From the IMG/VR virus record IMGVR_UViG_3300024259_002152, positions 186,001-250,000 of that record: a stretch of 64,000 nucleotides of DNA. One strand, 5' to 3'. Under the pieces are notes generated by a model that saw only the letters and a list, made by a program, of their open reading frames with translations, searched no databases and had not been told where the DNA came from. Each line of letters opens with the position of its first letter. Positions within the stretch are counted from its first letter, which is position 1. Both the position numbers and the translations under genes were made by a program. Positions 9,621 to 19,928 of this stretch are shown here, one piece after another.

Positions 9621-10563
9621 ATTTGTAGAATTTTATAAGAAAATGTATCTTATTAGAAAAGTAGAAGATATAATAAGAGATAACTACTATGACGATGAGA
9701 TGAAGACACCTATGCATATGTCAAAAGGTTCTGAGGCAATTGCTGTAGGAGTTTGCTCAGCATTAGGGAATAGAGGGCAATATTTTTCAACATATCGTTC
9801 TCATGCCCCATATTTAGCAAGCGGCGGGAACCTTAATGAATTTTTTGCAGAAATGTATGGGAAAAAAGAGGGGAAATACGCAGGGAAAGCTGGGTCAATG
9901 CACATAGCTTCTCCTAGTACTGGGCACATCTCTTCTTCTGCCATTGTCGCAAGTAATATTCCTGTAGCTGTTGGTGCAGCTTGGGCTAATAAAATACAGG
10001 ATAATGGGAAGATAGTAGTTGTATTTTTTGGAGATGGTGCGTTGGATGAGGGTGGTTTTTGGGAGAGTATCAACATGGCTTGTTTATGGAAACTTCCTAT
10101 AATTTTTGTATGTGAAGATAATAGGTTGGCGGTTCATACTCCTTCTTCTGAAAGGCAAGGATATAATGATATAATAAATGTTGTAAATAATTTTAAAATG
10201 AATACGATTTCTTGTAGCGGATTAGAAGTAGATTTTGTTGAATGTCAATCCAAAAAAGCCATCATGAGCATAGATACAAATGAGTTTCCATTTTTTTTAC
10301 GATTTAGTTATTTTAGATATTTAGAGCATGTCGGGGTAAATTCTGATCTAAAAGAAAGTTATAGAGAAAAAGACTCATGGTGGTTATATGGTGATGATGT
10401 TGATCCTGTTTCGATTATGAGGTGTAAATTAATTGACATGAATATAGATATTAAGAGTATTGAAGATCAGATTTCGAAAAAAGTTAATGCATCTCTTGAT
10501 TTTGCTAAAAATGATGAATTTTCAGATATAAGTGAAGTTTATAAGGATGTGTTTTATGGCTAA
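9613..10563 (+). CDS. ThDP-dependent dehydrogenase E1 alpha-like subunit (sugar-cluster type)
   Basis: STYRSH, GSMH, FFGDGALDEGGFWESINMA...VCEDN, RYLEHVG. ATG 9613 overlaps the gmd stop. Confidence 0.88.
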   Translation: MCKFVEFYKKMYLIRKVEDIIRDNYYDDEMKTPMHMSKGSEAIAVGVCSALGNRGQYFSTYRSHAPYLASGGNLNEFFAEMYGKKEGKYAGKAGSMHIASPSTGHISSSAIVASNIPVAVGAAWANKIQDNGKIVVVFFGDGALDEGGFWESINMACLWKLPIIFVCEDNRLAVHTPSSERQGYNDIINVVNNFKMNTISCSGLEVDFVECQSKKAIMSIDTNEFPFFLRFSYFRYLEHVGVNSDLKESYREKDSWWLYGDDVDPVSIMRCKLIDMNIDIKSIEDQISKKVNASLDFAKNDEFSDISEVYKDVFYG

Positions 10564-11602
10564 AATAAAAACTACTTTTAAAGATGCTATTAATCTTGCT
10601 CTTATTCAGGAGATGGAGAGGGATAAAACCGTTTTCATATATGGTATAGGAGTGCCTGACCATAAAAAGATTTTTGGGACAACTGCTAATTTGGTCGAGA
10701 AATTTGGAAAAAATAGATGTTTTGATACTCCTCTATCAGAAGACGCTCTTACTGGCATGGCATTAGGAGCAGCTCTTAACGGAATGAGACCTATTCTTGT
10801 GCATATGAGAGTAGATTTTTCTTTGCTCGCTATGAATCAATTAATAAATCAAATATCAGCTTTTAGATATATTTCTAATGGAGCATTTAAAGTTCCTATT
10901 GTCATAAGAAATATTATAGGAAGAGGGTGGGGGCAGGGTAGTCAGCATACTAAAACTATGCAATCTTTATTTGCTCATATTCCTGGTTTAAAAGTTGTTA
11001 TGCCAACTACTATAGAAGATGCTAAGGGGCTTACAGCAGCCGCTATAAGAGATAATAATCCAGTTATGCTTATGGAGCATAGATGGTTATATTTTCAAGA
11101 AGGAGAGGTCGAAGAAGAGCCATTTGTACTGCCTCTTAATGAAGCTAGTAAAATAAGAGATGGAAAAGATGTGACAATAGTAGCCACTTCGTGGATGAAT
11201 GTAGAGGCATTGAAAGCATCTGAGGTTATGGCTAGACGAGGAATTGAAGTTGAAATTATTGATGCACGATGCATATCGTCGGTAGATATGAGGACTATTA
11301 GTAGATCTATTCGTAAAACAGGTAGATGTATTATAGCAGATTATGATTGGGTACATTGTGGTTTTAGTGCTGAGTTAGCGGCTCAAATATATCATAAATG
11401 TATAAGTTCTTTGACCGAAAGGGTAGTTAGAATGGGTTTTATTCACACTCCGTGTCCTACTGCAAGACATTTGGAAAATGAATTTTATCCTAGTGCGATA
11501 AACATTATTAAGGAAATAGAAGATTTGTTTGATTTGGAAGAAATTAATCTAGATGGAGAAGAATTTTATAGTTATGAGAAAAAGTTTAAGGGGCCTTTTT
11601 AA
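10556..11602 (+). CDS. ThDP-dependent dehydrogenase E1 beta-like subunit
   Basis: RCFDTPLSE, GRGWGQGSQH, HIPGLKVVMP, GKDVTIVA. Confidence 0.88.
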   Translation: MAKIKTTFKDAINLALIQEMERDKTVFIYGIGVPDHKKIFGTTANLVEKFGKNRCFDTPLSEDALTGMALGAALNGMRPILVHMRVDFSLLAMNQLINQISAFRYISNGAFKVPIVIRNIIGRGWGQGSQHTKTMQSLFAHIPGLKVVMPTTIEDAKGLTAAAIRDNNPVMLMEHRWLYFQEGEVEEEPFVLPLNEASKIRDGKDVTIVATSWMNVEALKASEVMARRGIEVEIIDARCISSVDMRTISRSIRKTGRCIIADYDWVHCGFSAELAAQIYHKCISSLTERVVRMGFIHTPCPTARHLENEFYPSAINIIKEIEDLFDLEEINLDGEEFYSYEKKFKGPF

Positions 11603-12369
11603 TGTTGGAAGATAAGTGCAAATGGTTAAGAGGAGAGATTCTAAATATTCTCATGAGATCTGGGAAGGGACATGTTGGAGGTGCTCTTTCTTGCGTCGAA
11701 ATATTAATATCTCTTTATTATGGGGGTCTTATTGCTGGGGATAATAAGTTTATTCTTAGTAAAGGGCATGTGTCGATAGCTCTTTATCCTATTCTTCATG
11801 ATTTGGGCTATATCAGTGATGAAGATTACAAAGGATGTTATATGAATGGAAATGTGTTAGGGGGACATCCAGATATCAACATCAACGGAATAGAATTTGA
11901 CACTGGTTCATTAGGTCATGGTCTTGGTGTTGCTTGCGGTATGGCAATTGCCAATAAAAATAGGGATGTATACGTATTAATGGGAGATGGGGAGTGTAAC
12001 GAGGGTTCTGTGTGGGAATCTGTTTTATTCGCTGCCAAGCATAAATTAAATAATATTGTTTTAATTATAGATAAGAATAATATTTGTGCTACAGATTTTC
12101 TTAAAAATGCTTGTCCTTTGCGACAATTGAGCGGTCGTCTTCGTCAATGTGGGTGGGTTGTTGCCAATACTGATGGTCATGATGTAGAAAACATAATTTA
12201 CTCTATTAACATGCCAAAAAGGTTATGTTATGATCAACCATTGGCAATCATAGCCAAGACTATTAAAGGAAAAGGTATTTCTTATATGGAGAATAATCCA
12301 AAATGGCATCACGGGGTTCCAAGCAAAGAAGAGTTGGAGATAGCCAGGAGAGAGATAGATGGATCTTAG
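11602..12369 (+). CDS. Transketolase, N-terminal (ThDP-binding) subunit
   Basis: GHVGGALSCVEIL, FILSKGH, GGHP, TGSLGHGLG, GDGECNEGSVWE, TIKGKG. Confidence 0.92.
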   Translation: MLEDKCKWLRGEILNILMRSGKGHVGGALSCVEILISLYYGGLIAGDNKFILSKGHVSIALYPILHDLGYISDEDYKGCYMNGNVLGGHPDININGIEFDTGSLGHGLGVACGMAIANKNRDVYVLMGDGECNEGSVWESVLFAAKHKLNNIVLIIDKNNICATDFLKNACPLRQLSGRLRQCGWVVANTDGHDVENIIYSINMPKRLCYDQPLAIIAKTIKGKGISYMENNPKWHHGVPSKEELEIARREIDGS

Positions 12370-13303
12370 AGATGCTTTTTTTGATAGTTTATACAATTTA
12401 ATAAAAGATGATGATAATTTTTATTTTCTTACAGCAGATATGTGGGCATTTAGTCTGCAAAAGTTTAAAGACAAATTAAATGACAGATTTATAAATGTTG
12501 GTATAGCTGAGCAAAATATGATTAGTGTAGCAGCAGGTCTTGCCCAAGAAGGTAAAAAAGTATGTGTTTATACTATTACTCCATTTGTAACAGAAAGATG
12601 TTTTGAGCAAATTAAGGTTGATTTATGTTGTATGAATTTGCCAGTTATGATTGTTGGAATTGGCTCTGGTTTGACTTATAGTTATGACGGACCGACTCAC
12701 CATACACCATATGATATATCTTTAATGAGATCACTTCCTAATTTATCTATATATAGCCCTTCGACTCCGTTAGTTAATAAATATGTTGCAGAAATAGCAT
12801 ATCGAAATGAAGGTCCTTCTTATATTAGACTAGATAAGGGGAATTTTGAAGATATTTATGATAGTATTCCTTCTCAACAATCCATTGGTATTTTAGGTCC
12901 CTTAGAACCAGAATCTGATTTAGCTATTATGACTACTGGTTCTATAATTTATGAAGTAATAAAAATGATTCCATTTTTAAATCAGGATAAAGGGATTAAT
13001 ACAACTTTGACTGATATCTATCAAATCAAACCTCTAGATGAAGGAAGGTTAGTTAAAATTATATCTGGTCATAAAAGAGTAGTCGTTATAGAGGAACATT
13101 CTTCTATAGGTGGTCTCGGAAGTATTGTGAGTGAAGTTATGATAGATCATAAACTTTATAAGCCATTGATGAAAATTTCTCTCCCTGATGAATTTTGCAA
13201 AAAATATGGAGATAGAAACTGGATAAGAGCAGAATACGGCTTAGATAGTAGTTCTATTATGAATAAAATAATCTGTACGGAGAATGATATTAGTGAGCAA
13301 TAA
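12359..13303 (+). CDS. Transketolase, C-terminal (pyrimidine-binding) subunit
   Basis: DRFINVGIAEQNM, GPTHH, GPSYIRL, VIEEH..GGLGS. Confidence 0.92.
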   Translation: MDLRDAFFDSLYNLIKDDDNFYFLTADMWAFSLQKFKDKLNDRFINVGIAEQNMISVAAGLAQEGKKVCVYTITPFVTERCFEQIKVDLCCMNLPVMIVGIGSGLTYSYDGPTHHTPYDISLMRSLPNLSIYSPSTPLVNKYVAEIAYRNEGPSYIRLDKGNFEDIYDSIPSQQSIGILGPLEPESDLAIMTTGSIIYEVIKMIPFLNQDKGINTTLTDIYQIKPLDEGRLVKIISGHKRVVVIEEHSSIGGLGSIVSEVMIDHKLYKPLMKISLPDEFCKKYGDRNWIRAEYGLDSSSIMNKIICTENDISEQ

Positions 13304-14231
13304 AATATATGATTTAACAGTAGGAGAGTTCTCTAAATTTTTTGGAATAAATAATGAAGAAATGCCACCTGAGTGTGTAGAGATTATTAATAAGCATGAT
13401 TTCAGATATACCTGTTGCAGTAAAATAGAAAGAGATAGGATAATACTAAATTTTGTAAAAAAAATGGATAATAAAATTTATTCACTGTCTGGAAAATATC
13501 AGGAGGAGAGATGGGAAAAGGGGTGGGGAGAGAATTTAAAAAACTTTGTAGAAAATGATTTCGATACTAAATTTTTAATTCCCAAATATAATAAGCAGTC
13601 TTCTTACATAGTTCTAAAAGGGGATTATGTCAAACCTGTTGATTTAAATTTTGAAATCAATTTTATAGAGTTAATTAGGGCTTTTGTATTTTATAGGTAT
13701 TTAAAAGATCAAAATAGTATTCATGAATTTGGATGTGGTTCTGCATATAATTTAGTAGCTTTCTCAGAGATAGATCCAGATAAACAATATTATGGATATG
13801 ATTGGGTTCAACAGTCTATTTCTATTATAGATGCAGTAAGAAAACATCTTGGACATAATGTCCATGGTTCCATTTTTAACATGTTTGATCCTAATCGTGA
13901 TTTGCAAATAAATGGAGGTGTTGCTCTGACCATAGGTGCTCTTGAGCAACTAGGCTCTGATCATCATAAATTTATCGATTTTTTATTGGATAAACCTTTT
14001 TCAAGATATGTTCATTTGAATTCGATATCTGAATTATATGATTCCGATAACAGTCTTGTTGATTATTTGATTCGTCGATTTGAAAAAAGTAGAAATTATT
14101 GTAACGGATTTTTTGGCAGATTGCGTAAGTTGGAGAAAGATGGTGTGATAAACATCTTAAAAATGCAGAAAGTGAGTTGCGGAAGTAAGTATGGAGACGT
14201 TTATTCAATTACAGTTTGGGAGAAAACTTAA
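13284..14231 (+). CDS. Putative SAM-dependent methyltransferase
   Basis: SIHEFGCGSAYNL...YYGYDW (motif I/II-like), LTIGALEQL. Confidence 0.55.
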   Translation: MILVSNKIYDLTVGEFSKFFGINNEEMPPECVEIINKHDFRYTCCSKIERDRIILNFVKKMDNKIYSLSGKYQEERWEKGWGENLKNFVENDFDTKFLIPKYNKQSSYIVLKGDYVKPVDLNFEINFIELIRAFVFYRYLKDQNSIHEFGCGSAYNLVAFSEIDPDKQYYGYDWVQQSISIIDAVRKHLGHNVHGSIFNMFDPNRDLQINGGVALTIGALEQLGSDHHKFIDFLLDKPFSRYVHLNSISELYDSDNSLVDYLIRRFEKSRNYCNGFFGRLRKLEKDGVINILKMQKVSCGSKYGDVYSITVWEKT

Positions 14232-15335
14232 ATGCGATATTCAGTAATAGGTGAAGACTTAGTACCATTAATAGGGCAGGGAGGATCTATTATAGGAGAA
14301 GATCCATCTATTAATTACGATAGGATTCTTAAAACTGGGATAGATAATGGTCTTACATTTATTGATACGGCAGAAGTTTATACGGGGGGAGAATCGGAAA
14401 AAATTATAGGTAGAGCTATCAGTAAATGTAGAGAAAAAGTTTTCATTTGTACTAAAGTCTCTCCAAATCATCTACTATTTAACGACATTATCTCTTCTGC
14501 CGATAATAGTTTAAGAAGACTTAATATTGATACTATTGATTTGTACAAAATTCATTGGCCTAATAATCTTTTGTGTCCCGATGATATATTAAGAGCATTT
14601 GATGATCTCCACAGACATGGCAAGGTAAGATATTTTGGGGTGAGTAATTTTTTACCAATGGATTTTGAGAAATTCAACACTAAAGATACTCGTTTCGGTT
14701 CATTCGTATCCAATCAGATAGAATATAATTTATTTGATCGCTTTGCAGAAATAGGGATAATTCCATATTTTAAAAATAAAGATGTTAAAATAATTGCTTA
14801 TTCTCCTTTAAATAGGGGAAATATTTGTTCCGATAGCGAAGAGATATTAAAAGAACTATCTGCAAAATACCATAAGACGCCAGCCCAAATATCACTAAAT
14901 TGGCTGGCATCTCATGATATTATTTCTGTTCCTTTTTCTTCTAATATAGATCATATAGTAGAGAATGCTACATCTTGTGATTTTGAAATTGATGAACAAG
15001 ATATGGATTTAATTAATAAAGAAGTAAAGGGAAAATTGTTATTTAAAAAAGTATCTGAGATTCAAGTTGCTAAAAACGGTTTTGGAGGTCATAAGGTATA
15101 TAATACAAAGGAAGAGGCATTAGAAAATAGATATAATTTTTGTCCCAGTCCTAGGGATATATCAGATTATTTATTGTCTTTAAGTCGAGAAGAATTGAAT
15201 TATATTAAACCAGTTAGAGTTATGGATGAGAATGGAGTTTTGAATCTTATAGAAGGAAGAGTAAGATATTGGGGATGGAATATAGCTTTTGGAGATGATA
15301 TTCTCCTCCCCGTTTATATTGTAAAGAAAGGTTAA
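14232..15335 (+). CDS. Aldo/keto reductase with a ~100-aa C-terminal extension
   Basis: FIDTAEVY, TKVSP, IDLYKIHWP, GKVRYFGVSNF, NQIEYNL, AYSPL; the extension contains LIEGRVRYW. Confidence 0.85.
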   Translation: MRYSVIGEDLVPLIGQGGSIIGEDPSINYDRILKTGIDNGLTFIDTAEVYTGGESEKIIGRAISKCREKVFICTKVSPNHLLFNDIISSADNSLRRLNIDTIDLYKIHWPNNLLCPDDILRAFDDLHRHGKVRYFGVSNFLPMDFEKFNTKDTRFGSFVSNQIEYNLFDRFAEIGIIPYFKNKDVKIIAYSPLNRGNICSDSEEILKELSAKYHKTPAQISLNWLASHDIISVPFSSNIDHIVENATSCDFEIDEQDMDLINKEVKGKLLFKKVSEIQVAKNGFGGHKVYNTKEEALENRYNFCPSPRDISDYLLSLSREELNYIKPVRVMDENGVLNLIEGRVRYWGWNIAFGDDILLPVYIVKKG

Positions 15336-16096
15336 TGATGGATAATACTGAGTTGGGTGCTAAGGTATATTCTGATAAAGATGAATTAGAAGCAAGGTCA
15401 AAAATAGTTAAATTATTAAAAGAATGTCCTATTCCAAACGATGAGATATTAGATAATTTAGGATTATTTCTTACTTCTAAAAATCTGTCAAGGATATTTT
15501 TTATGAATCATATTTACAAGCAGATTGTGGATGTCCCAGGGGTTGTTTTAGATATGGGAACAAGGTTTGGTAATAATATGTGTTTATTTTCAACTTTTAG
15601 AAGTATGTACGAGCCATTTCATAGACATAGAAAGGTTATAGGTTTCGATACTTTTGACGGTTTTCCAGAAGTAACTAAAGAAGATGGGAATTCTAATTTG
15701 ATGGAAAGGGGGAATTTAAAAGTGGGAGAAAAATATTACAGTTATCTTAATAATATTTTGGAAAATAAAAAATTAAACGAGCCTCTTCCTCATATCAAAA
15801 AATATAATTTAATAAAAGGAAATGCTATTGAAAAGTTAGGTGAATATCTTGAAAAACATCCTCAAACTATCATCGCATTGGCATATTTTGATTTCGATTT
15901 ATACAAACCGACCAAGATGTGTCTAGAAATGATAAGGTCGTTTATTACTAAGGGATCGATTTTAGCTTTCGACGAATTAAATGATGAAGATTCTCCTGGA
16001 GAAACTGTGGCTCTGAAAGAAGTATTTGGTTTGGAAAATATTAGATTAAAAAGAATATCAAATGTATCTAGGGCTTCTTATTTTGTTGTGGAGTAA
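15335..16096 (+). CDS. TylF/MycF-like sugar O-methyltransferase
   Basis: PGVVLDMGTRFG, IGFDTFDGFP, FDFDLYKPT, GSILAFDEL. Confidence 0.78.
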   Translation: MMDNTELGAKVYSDKDELEARSKIVKLLKECPIPNDEILDNLGLFLTSKNLSRIFFMNHIYKQIVDVPGVVLDMGTRFGNNMCLFSTFRSMYEPFHRHRKVIGFDTFDGFPEVTKEDGNSNLMERGNLKVGEKYYSYLNNILENKKLNEPLPHIKKYNLIKGNAIEKLGEYLEKHPQTIIALAYFDFDLYKPTKMCLEMIRSFITKGSILAFDELNDEDSPGETVALKEVFGLENIRLKRISNVSRASYFVVE

Positions 16097-17053
16097 ATGG
16101 TAAATTTTAGAAGAGGAAAGTATGTTGTTTTTGGAGGTTCTGGGCTTATAGGGACATCTGTTCTGTCTTTGTTGAAAGATAAAGATGGGATTGATGTGGT
16201 GTCTACTTATTTTCAAAATACTCCAAAAGTATTAGCGAAGAATATTTACCATGTTCAGAAAGATTTAAGAGGATGCTCTTGCGATGACATATTGTATGGT
16301 GCCGATTATGTCATTCTCTTGGCCTCTAATATAGTTCTTCCATCTTTATCTGAGAAAGAAATTATTAATAAAAATACCGATAATTTGGTTATAACATCTA
16401 GGGTTCTAGAATCTTGTTATCAAGCGAAAATCAAAAGGGTGGTCTGGGCCAGTAGCACTACTGGATTTCCAGACAAAAATGGGAAACTAAAAGAAGAAGA
16501 GATGTTCGTTGGGGACCCAATAGATAAATATTTTTACCTTGGATGGGTGAATAGGTTTATGGAAAAGGTTTGTTTATTTTATGCTAATAAGATCAAACAT
16601 AAAATGAGAATTTCAATTATAAGACCTACTTGCGTATATGGGGAGAATGAGGGGTTTAATTCCGATAAGTGTCATATGCTTCCGACTATGGTAAAAAAAA
16701 TCATAGATGGAGAGCATATAACAATATGGGGAAACGGAGAAAAAATAGTTGATCTTATTCATGCGGACGATGTTGCCGAGATATGTGTTTTGCTATTAGA
16801 TTCGTCTAATGATTTTCAAGTTTTTAATATTGGCACAGGTAAATATTATAGTGTTAATGATATTATAGACATTATTTGTAAGCTAGAGAATATAAATGAC
16901 TTGTCCATTGATAGGGTTGAAACAGAAAAACTGGATAGTAGCAGATTATTTTCTGTGGAAAAGATGGAAAAAGAAATAAAATTTACTCCTCGTATTGGTA
17001 TTGATAGTGGCATAAAAAGATTAATTAGTGAGTATAAAAAACATCATGGTTAA
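16097..17053 (+). CDS. NAD-dependent epimerase/reductase (GDP-fucose-synthase-like SDR), paralogue 1
   Basis: FGGSGLIG, IRPTCVYG, HMLPTMV, WGNG; the YxxxK position reads LGWVN. Confidence 0.8.
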   Translation: MVNFRRGKYVVFGGSGLIGTSVLSLLKDKDGIDVVSTYFQNTPKVLAKNIYHVQKDLRGCSCDDILYGADYVILLASNIVLPSLSEKEIINKNTDNLVITSRVLESCYQAKIKRVVWASSTTGFPDKNGKLKEEEMFVGDPIDKYFYLGWVNRFMEKVCLFYANKIKHKMRISIIRPTCVYGENEGFNSDKCHMLPTMVKKIIDGEHITIWGNGEKIVDLIHADDVAEICVLLLDSSNDFQVFNIGTGKYYSVNDIIDIICKLENINDLSIDRVETEKLDSSRLFSVEKMEKEIKFTPRIGIDSGIKRLISEYKKHHG

Positions 17054-18374
17054 AATAAGTTTCATAGTGCCGACATGGCAATATTTTTCGAATCCATTTA
17101 AGTTGCAGCCGTTACTGGAATTATATTTTTCTACAATAATTAGAGAAGAATTTTCCTCAGATTCTATTTTAATTGATATTATAGATCTTAGAGATTATAG
17201 AAAGCAAAAATTAGATGATGATAATTTAGATTATGATGTTTTTTGTGATTCTATTATACCGCAAAGAGATATCTATTTTTATTGGAGTCCTAAAACTGCC
17301 GATTTTTATGAAGTTGAAAGAGTAGTTAAACTATTAAGGGATAAATATCCAGAGTCTAAACATGTAGCTGGTGGAACTCATGTGGACAATTTTATAGAAG
17401 AATGTTCTTTAATTTTTGATGCAGTAGTAAATGGCCCAGGAGATAGAAGTTTTAGTAGATATATAGATGATTATATTAATGGTTTGACATCTAAAGTTTA
17501 TAAGGACGATTGGAAAGATGTGCATTATAAGGATTTCCCATTTCCAAAAAGAGATTTTTTGCCATTATCATCAATAGTTAATAGAGAGTTATTTACAGAA
17601 TATGGAGGTCTTCTCGGGACTTCTGTATTATTCTCGAGAGGTTGCCCTTTTCAATGTAAATTTTGTGTTTACAATATCCCCAATCGTTTGCAAACTAAAA
17701 CTCCTGGGGATATAAAAGCAGAGATTAATTATTTGAAAGATAATTATCATGTTGAGGCTATTAATGTAAGAGACGAAATGTGTATCGGAATGTCTGAAAA
17801 AATATATATTCCGTTTCTTCATGCTATAGGTGATAGTGACGTGGTGTGGAGGGGTCAAACAAGGGTTGGCATAAATAATAATCTTATATCTTTGGCCAAG
17901 GATAGTGGCTGTGTTGAATTGGTTCTCGGAGTGGAGAGTGTGTGTCAAAATGTTTTAGATGGTATAAATAAAAATCAAACCATCGAACAGTCTATTGATA
18001 CTATTAGATATTGTAAAGAAGTCGATATTAAGACAAGGATAAATTTAATATTAGGATTGCCTGGAGAGCCTCTCGACATTGTGGATAGAACCATTAAATT
18101 TTTTGAGGATTATAAGCCCAATTATGTTAGTATTTCTGGGTTGTGTCCTGTGCCAGGATCTGATATATTTAAGAATCCGAAAAAATATGGAATAAAATAC
18201 ATAGATCGTGATTGGAGCAAGCATTCTCATCTAATGTTTCGATATGGGGAGGATGAAGAGGGTGGATTACCATTCGAATACGATGATATTGAAAACTCTT
18301 TTTCCAGAAAAGAAATAATTGCGAATATAAAGGTATTGCAGGAATATTTGAGGCAAAATAATATGTCCTATTAA
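17046..18374 (+). CDS. B12-binding radical SAM protein 1
   Basis: VAGGTH in the N-terminal domain, SRGCPFQCKFC (CxxxCxxC), LGVES, ILGLPGE, PVPGS. Confidence 0.85.
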   Translation: MVKISFIVPTWQYFSNPFKLQPLLELYFSTIIREEFSSDSILIDIIDLRDYRKQKLDDDNLDYDVFCDSIIPQRDIYFYWSPKTADFYEVERVVKLLRDKYPESKHVAGGTHVDNFIEECSLIFDAVVNGPGDRSFSRYIDDYINGLTSKVYKDDWKDVHYKDFPFPKRDFLPLSSIVNRELFTEYGGLLGTSVLFSRGCPFQCKFCVYNIPNRLQTKTPGDIKAEINYLKDNYHVEAINVRDEMCIGMSEKIYIPFLHAIGDSDVVWRGQTRVGINNNLISLAKDSGCVELVLGVESVCQNVLDGINKNQTIEQSIDTIRYCKEVDIKTRINLILGLPGEPLDIVDRTIKFFEDYKPNYVSISGLCPVPGSDIFKNPKKYGIKYIDRDWSKHSHLMFRYGEDEEGGLPFEYDDIENSFSRKEIIANIKVLQEYLRQNNMSY

Positions 18375-18388
18375 GAAAGGTATATAAT

Positions 18389-19378
18389 ATGATTTCACAG
18401 GAAGTGTTAGAAAGTTTTGGAAGTAAATCTTGTTTAGTTACTGGAGGAACTGGGCTCATAGGCAGACAGGTGGTTAAAATATTATGTGATGCTGGTGCTA
18501 ATGTTACAATTATATCTTTAGATGATATCGATGTTGACAAAAGAGCTATACATTTGGCAGGAGACTTATGCGATTTTAATATTTGTAGGCAAATAACGGC
18601 AGGTAAGGATTATGTGTTTCATATAGCTGGGATAAAAGGATCAGTAAAAGTTACTAGGGAAAAACCATCTAGTTTTTTTGTTCCTTTACTTATGATGAAT
18701 ACCAATATTCTAGAAGCTTGTAGAATTAATAATGTTAAGAAGGTAGTATATACGAGTTCTGTAGGGGCTTATTCTAGCGCTGAGGTATTTAAAGAAGATG
18801 AGAACTTAACAGGAGAACCTATGGACTTGTTCCCTGGATGGGCTAAAAGAATGGCCGAAAAACAAATTGAATCATATGCTATTCAATATGGTTTAAAGAA
18901 CTTTGCAGTTGTTAGACCTGCTAATATATATGGGCCAGGAGACAACTTTGATCCAGATAATGCTATGGTTATTCCTACTCTTATGCAAAGAATATATAAG
19001 AAGGAAGATCCTGTAATTATTTGGGGAGATGGCTCTGCTATAAGGGATTTTGCTTATAGTAAAGATATTGCTGAGGGAATTGTTCAAGCTTTGTGTCATG
19101 GTACTGAAGGAAAATTTGTGAACCTTGGAAGTGGAAAAGGAGTCACAATCAGAGAATTAGTGGAGGCTCTTCATAGCTTTTTAGATTTTAATTATGAGTT
19201 TGATACTAGTAAACCTTCTGGTTTTCCTAGAAGGGTAATGGATATTTCTTTGGCTGAAAAGATGATATGTTACAACCCTTCAACGTCTTTAGTTGACGGG
19301 CTTAAAGAAACATGGGAGTGGTTCGTGAATAATGCCGATGAATATAAAAATAGAAAAAACTATTTTACGGAAGAATAA
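18389..19378 (+). CDS. NAD-dependent epimerase/reductase (GDP-fucose-synthase-like SDR), paralogue 2
   Basis: TGGTGLIG, FHIAG, VRPANIYGPGDNF, WGDGSAIRDF; the YxxxK position reads PGWAK. Confidence 0.85.
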   Translation: MISQEVLESFGSKSCLVTGGTGLIGRQVVKILCDAGANVTIISLDDIDVDKRAIHLAGDLCDFNICRQITAGKDYVFHIAGIKGSVKVTREKPSSFFVPLLMMNTNILEACRINNVKKVVYTSSVGAYSSAEVFKEDENLTGEPMDLFPGWAKRMAEKQIESYAIQYGLKNFAVVRPANIYGPGDNFDPDNAMVIPTLMQRIYKKEDPVIIWGDGSAIRDFAYSKDIAEGIVQALCHGTEGKFVNLGSGKGVTIRELVEALHSFLDFNYEFDTSKPSGFPRRVMDISLAEKMICYNPSTSLVDGLKETWEWFVNNADEYKNRKNYFTEE

Positions 19379-19379
19379 G

Positions 19380-19910
19380 ATGAAGGCAGAAAAAACGAAT
19401 TTACCAGGGGTTTTATTATTTGAACATGAGTGTTTTGAAGATCATCGTGGCACTTATGAAGAATTGTATAATAAAATCAAATTTGATGAAGTATGTCAAG
19501 AATATATTGGTTATACAATAAGTTTTTTAGAAACTAATATAGCATTATCTTCTAAACATGTGTTGAGAGGTATTCATGGAGATGACAGGACTTGGAAATA
19601 TGTAACTTGTTTAAAAGGAAAATATTTTATTAATGTTTTGTGTTATGATAAAGTATCTGAATATTATGGGAAGCACCAAAGTTTTGTTCTGAGCGAACAA
19701 AATAAGAAACAACTTCTTATACCTCCTCTCCATGGTCATGGTTATGTTGTTATGAGTGAGGAAGCCATTTTCTATTATCAACAATCTTGTACTTATAGAG
19801 GTATGGGAGAGCAATTTACCATTAGGTATAATGATGAAAGATTTAATATGTGGTGGCCTATTAAAAATCCAATTTTATCTCAAAGAGATGAGGCTGGAAA
19901 GGTGGTTTAG
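19380..19910 (+). CDS. rmlC: dTDP-4-dehydrorhamnose 3,5-epimerase family (cupin)
   Basis: FEDHRG, HVLRGIHG, LIPPLHGHGY, WPIKNPILSQRD; ATG 19380. Confidence 0.88.
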   Translation: MKAEKTNLPGVLLFEHECFEDHRGTYEELYNKIKFDEVCQEYIGYTISFLETNIALSSKHVLRGIHGDDRTWKYVTCLKGKYFINVLCYDKVSEYYGKHQSFVLSEQNKKQLLIPPLHGHGYVVMSEEAIFYYQQSCTYRGMGEQFTIRYNDERFNMWWPIKNPILSQRDEAGKVV

Positions 19911-19928
19911 TAAAAAAGAAAGGGAATT

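Noticed and set aside
9613-12369. Housekeeping pyruvate dehydrogenase or pentose-phosphate transketolase as auxiliary metabolic genes
   Set aside because: No E2/E3 genes are present, the genes are embedded among NDP-sugar enzymes, and E1-alpha has RYLEHVG rather than the usual RYxGHS loop.
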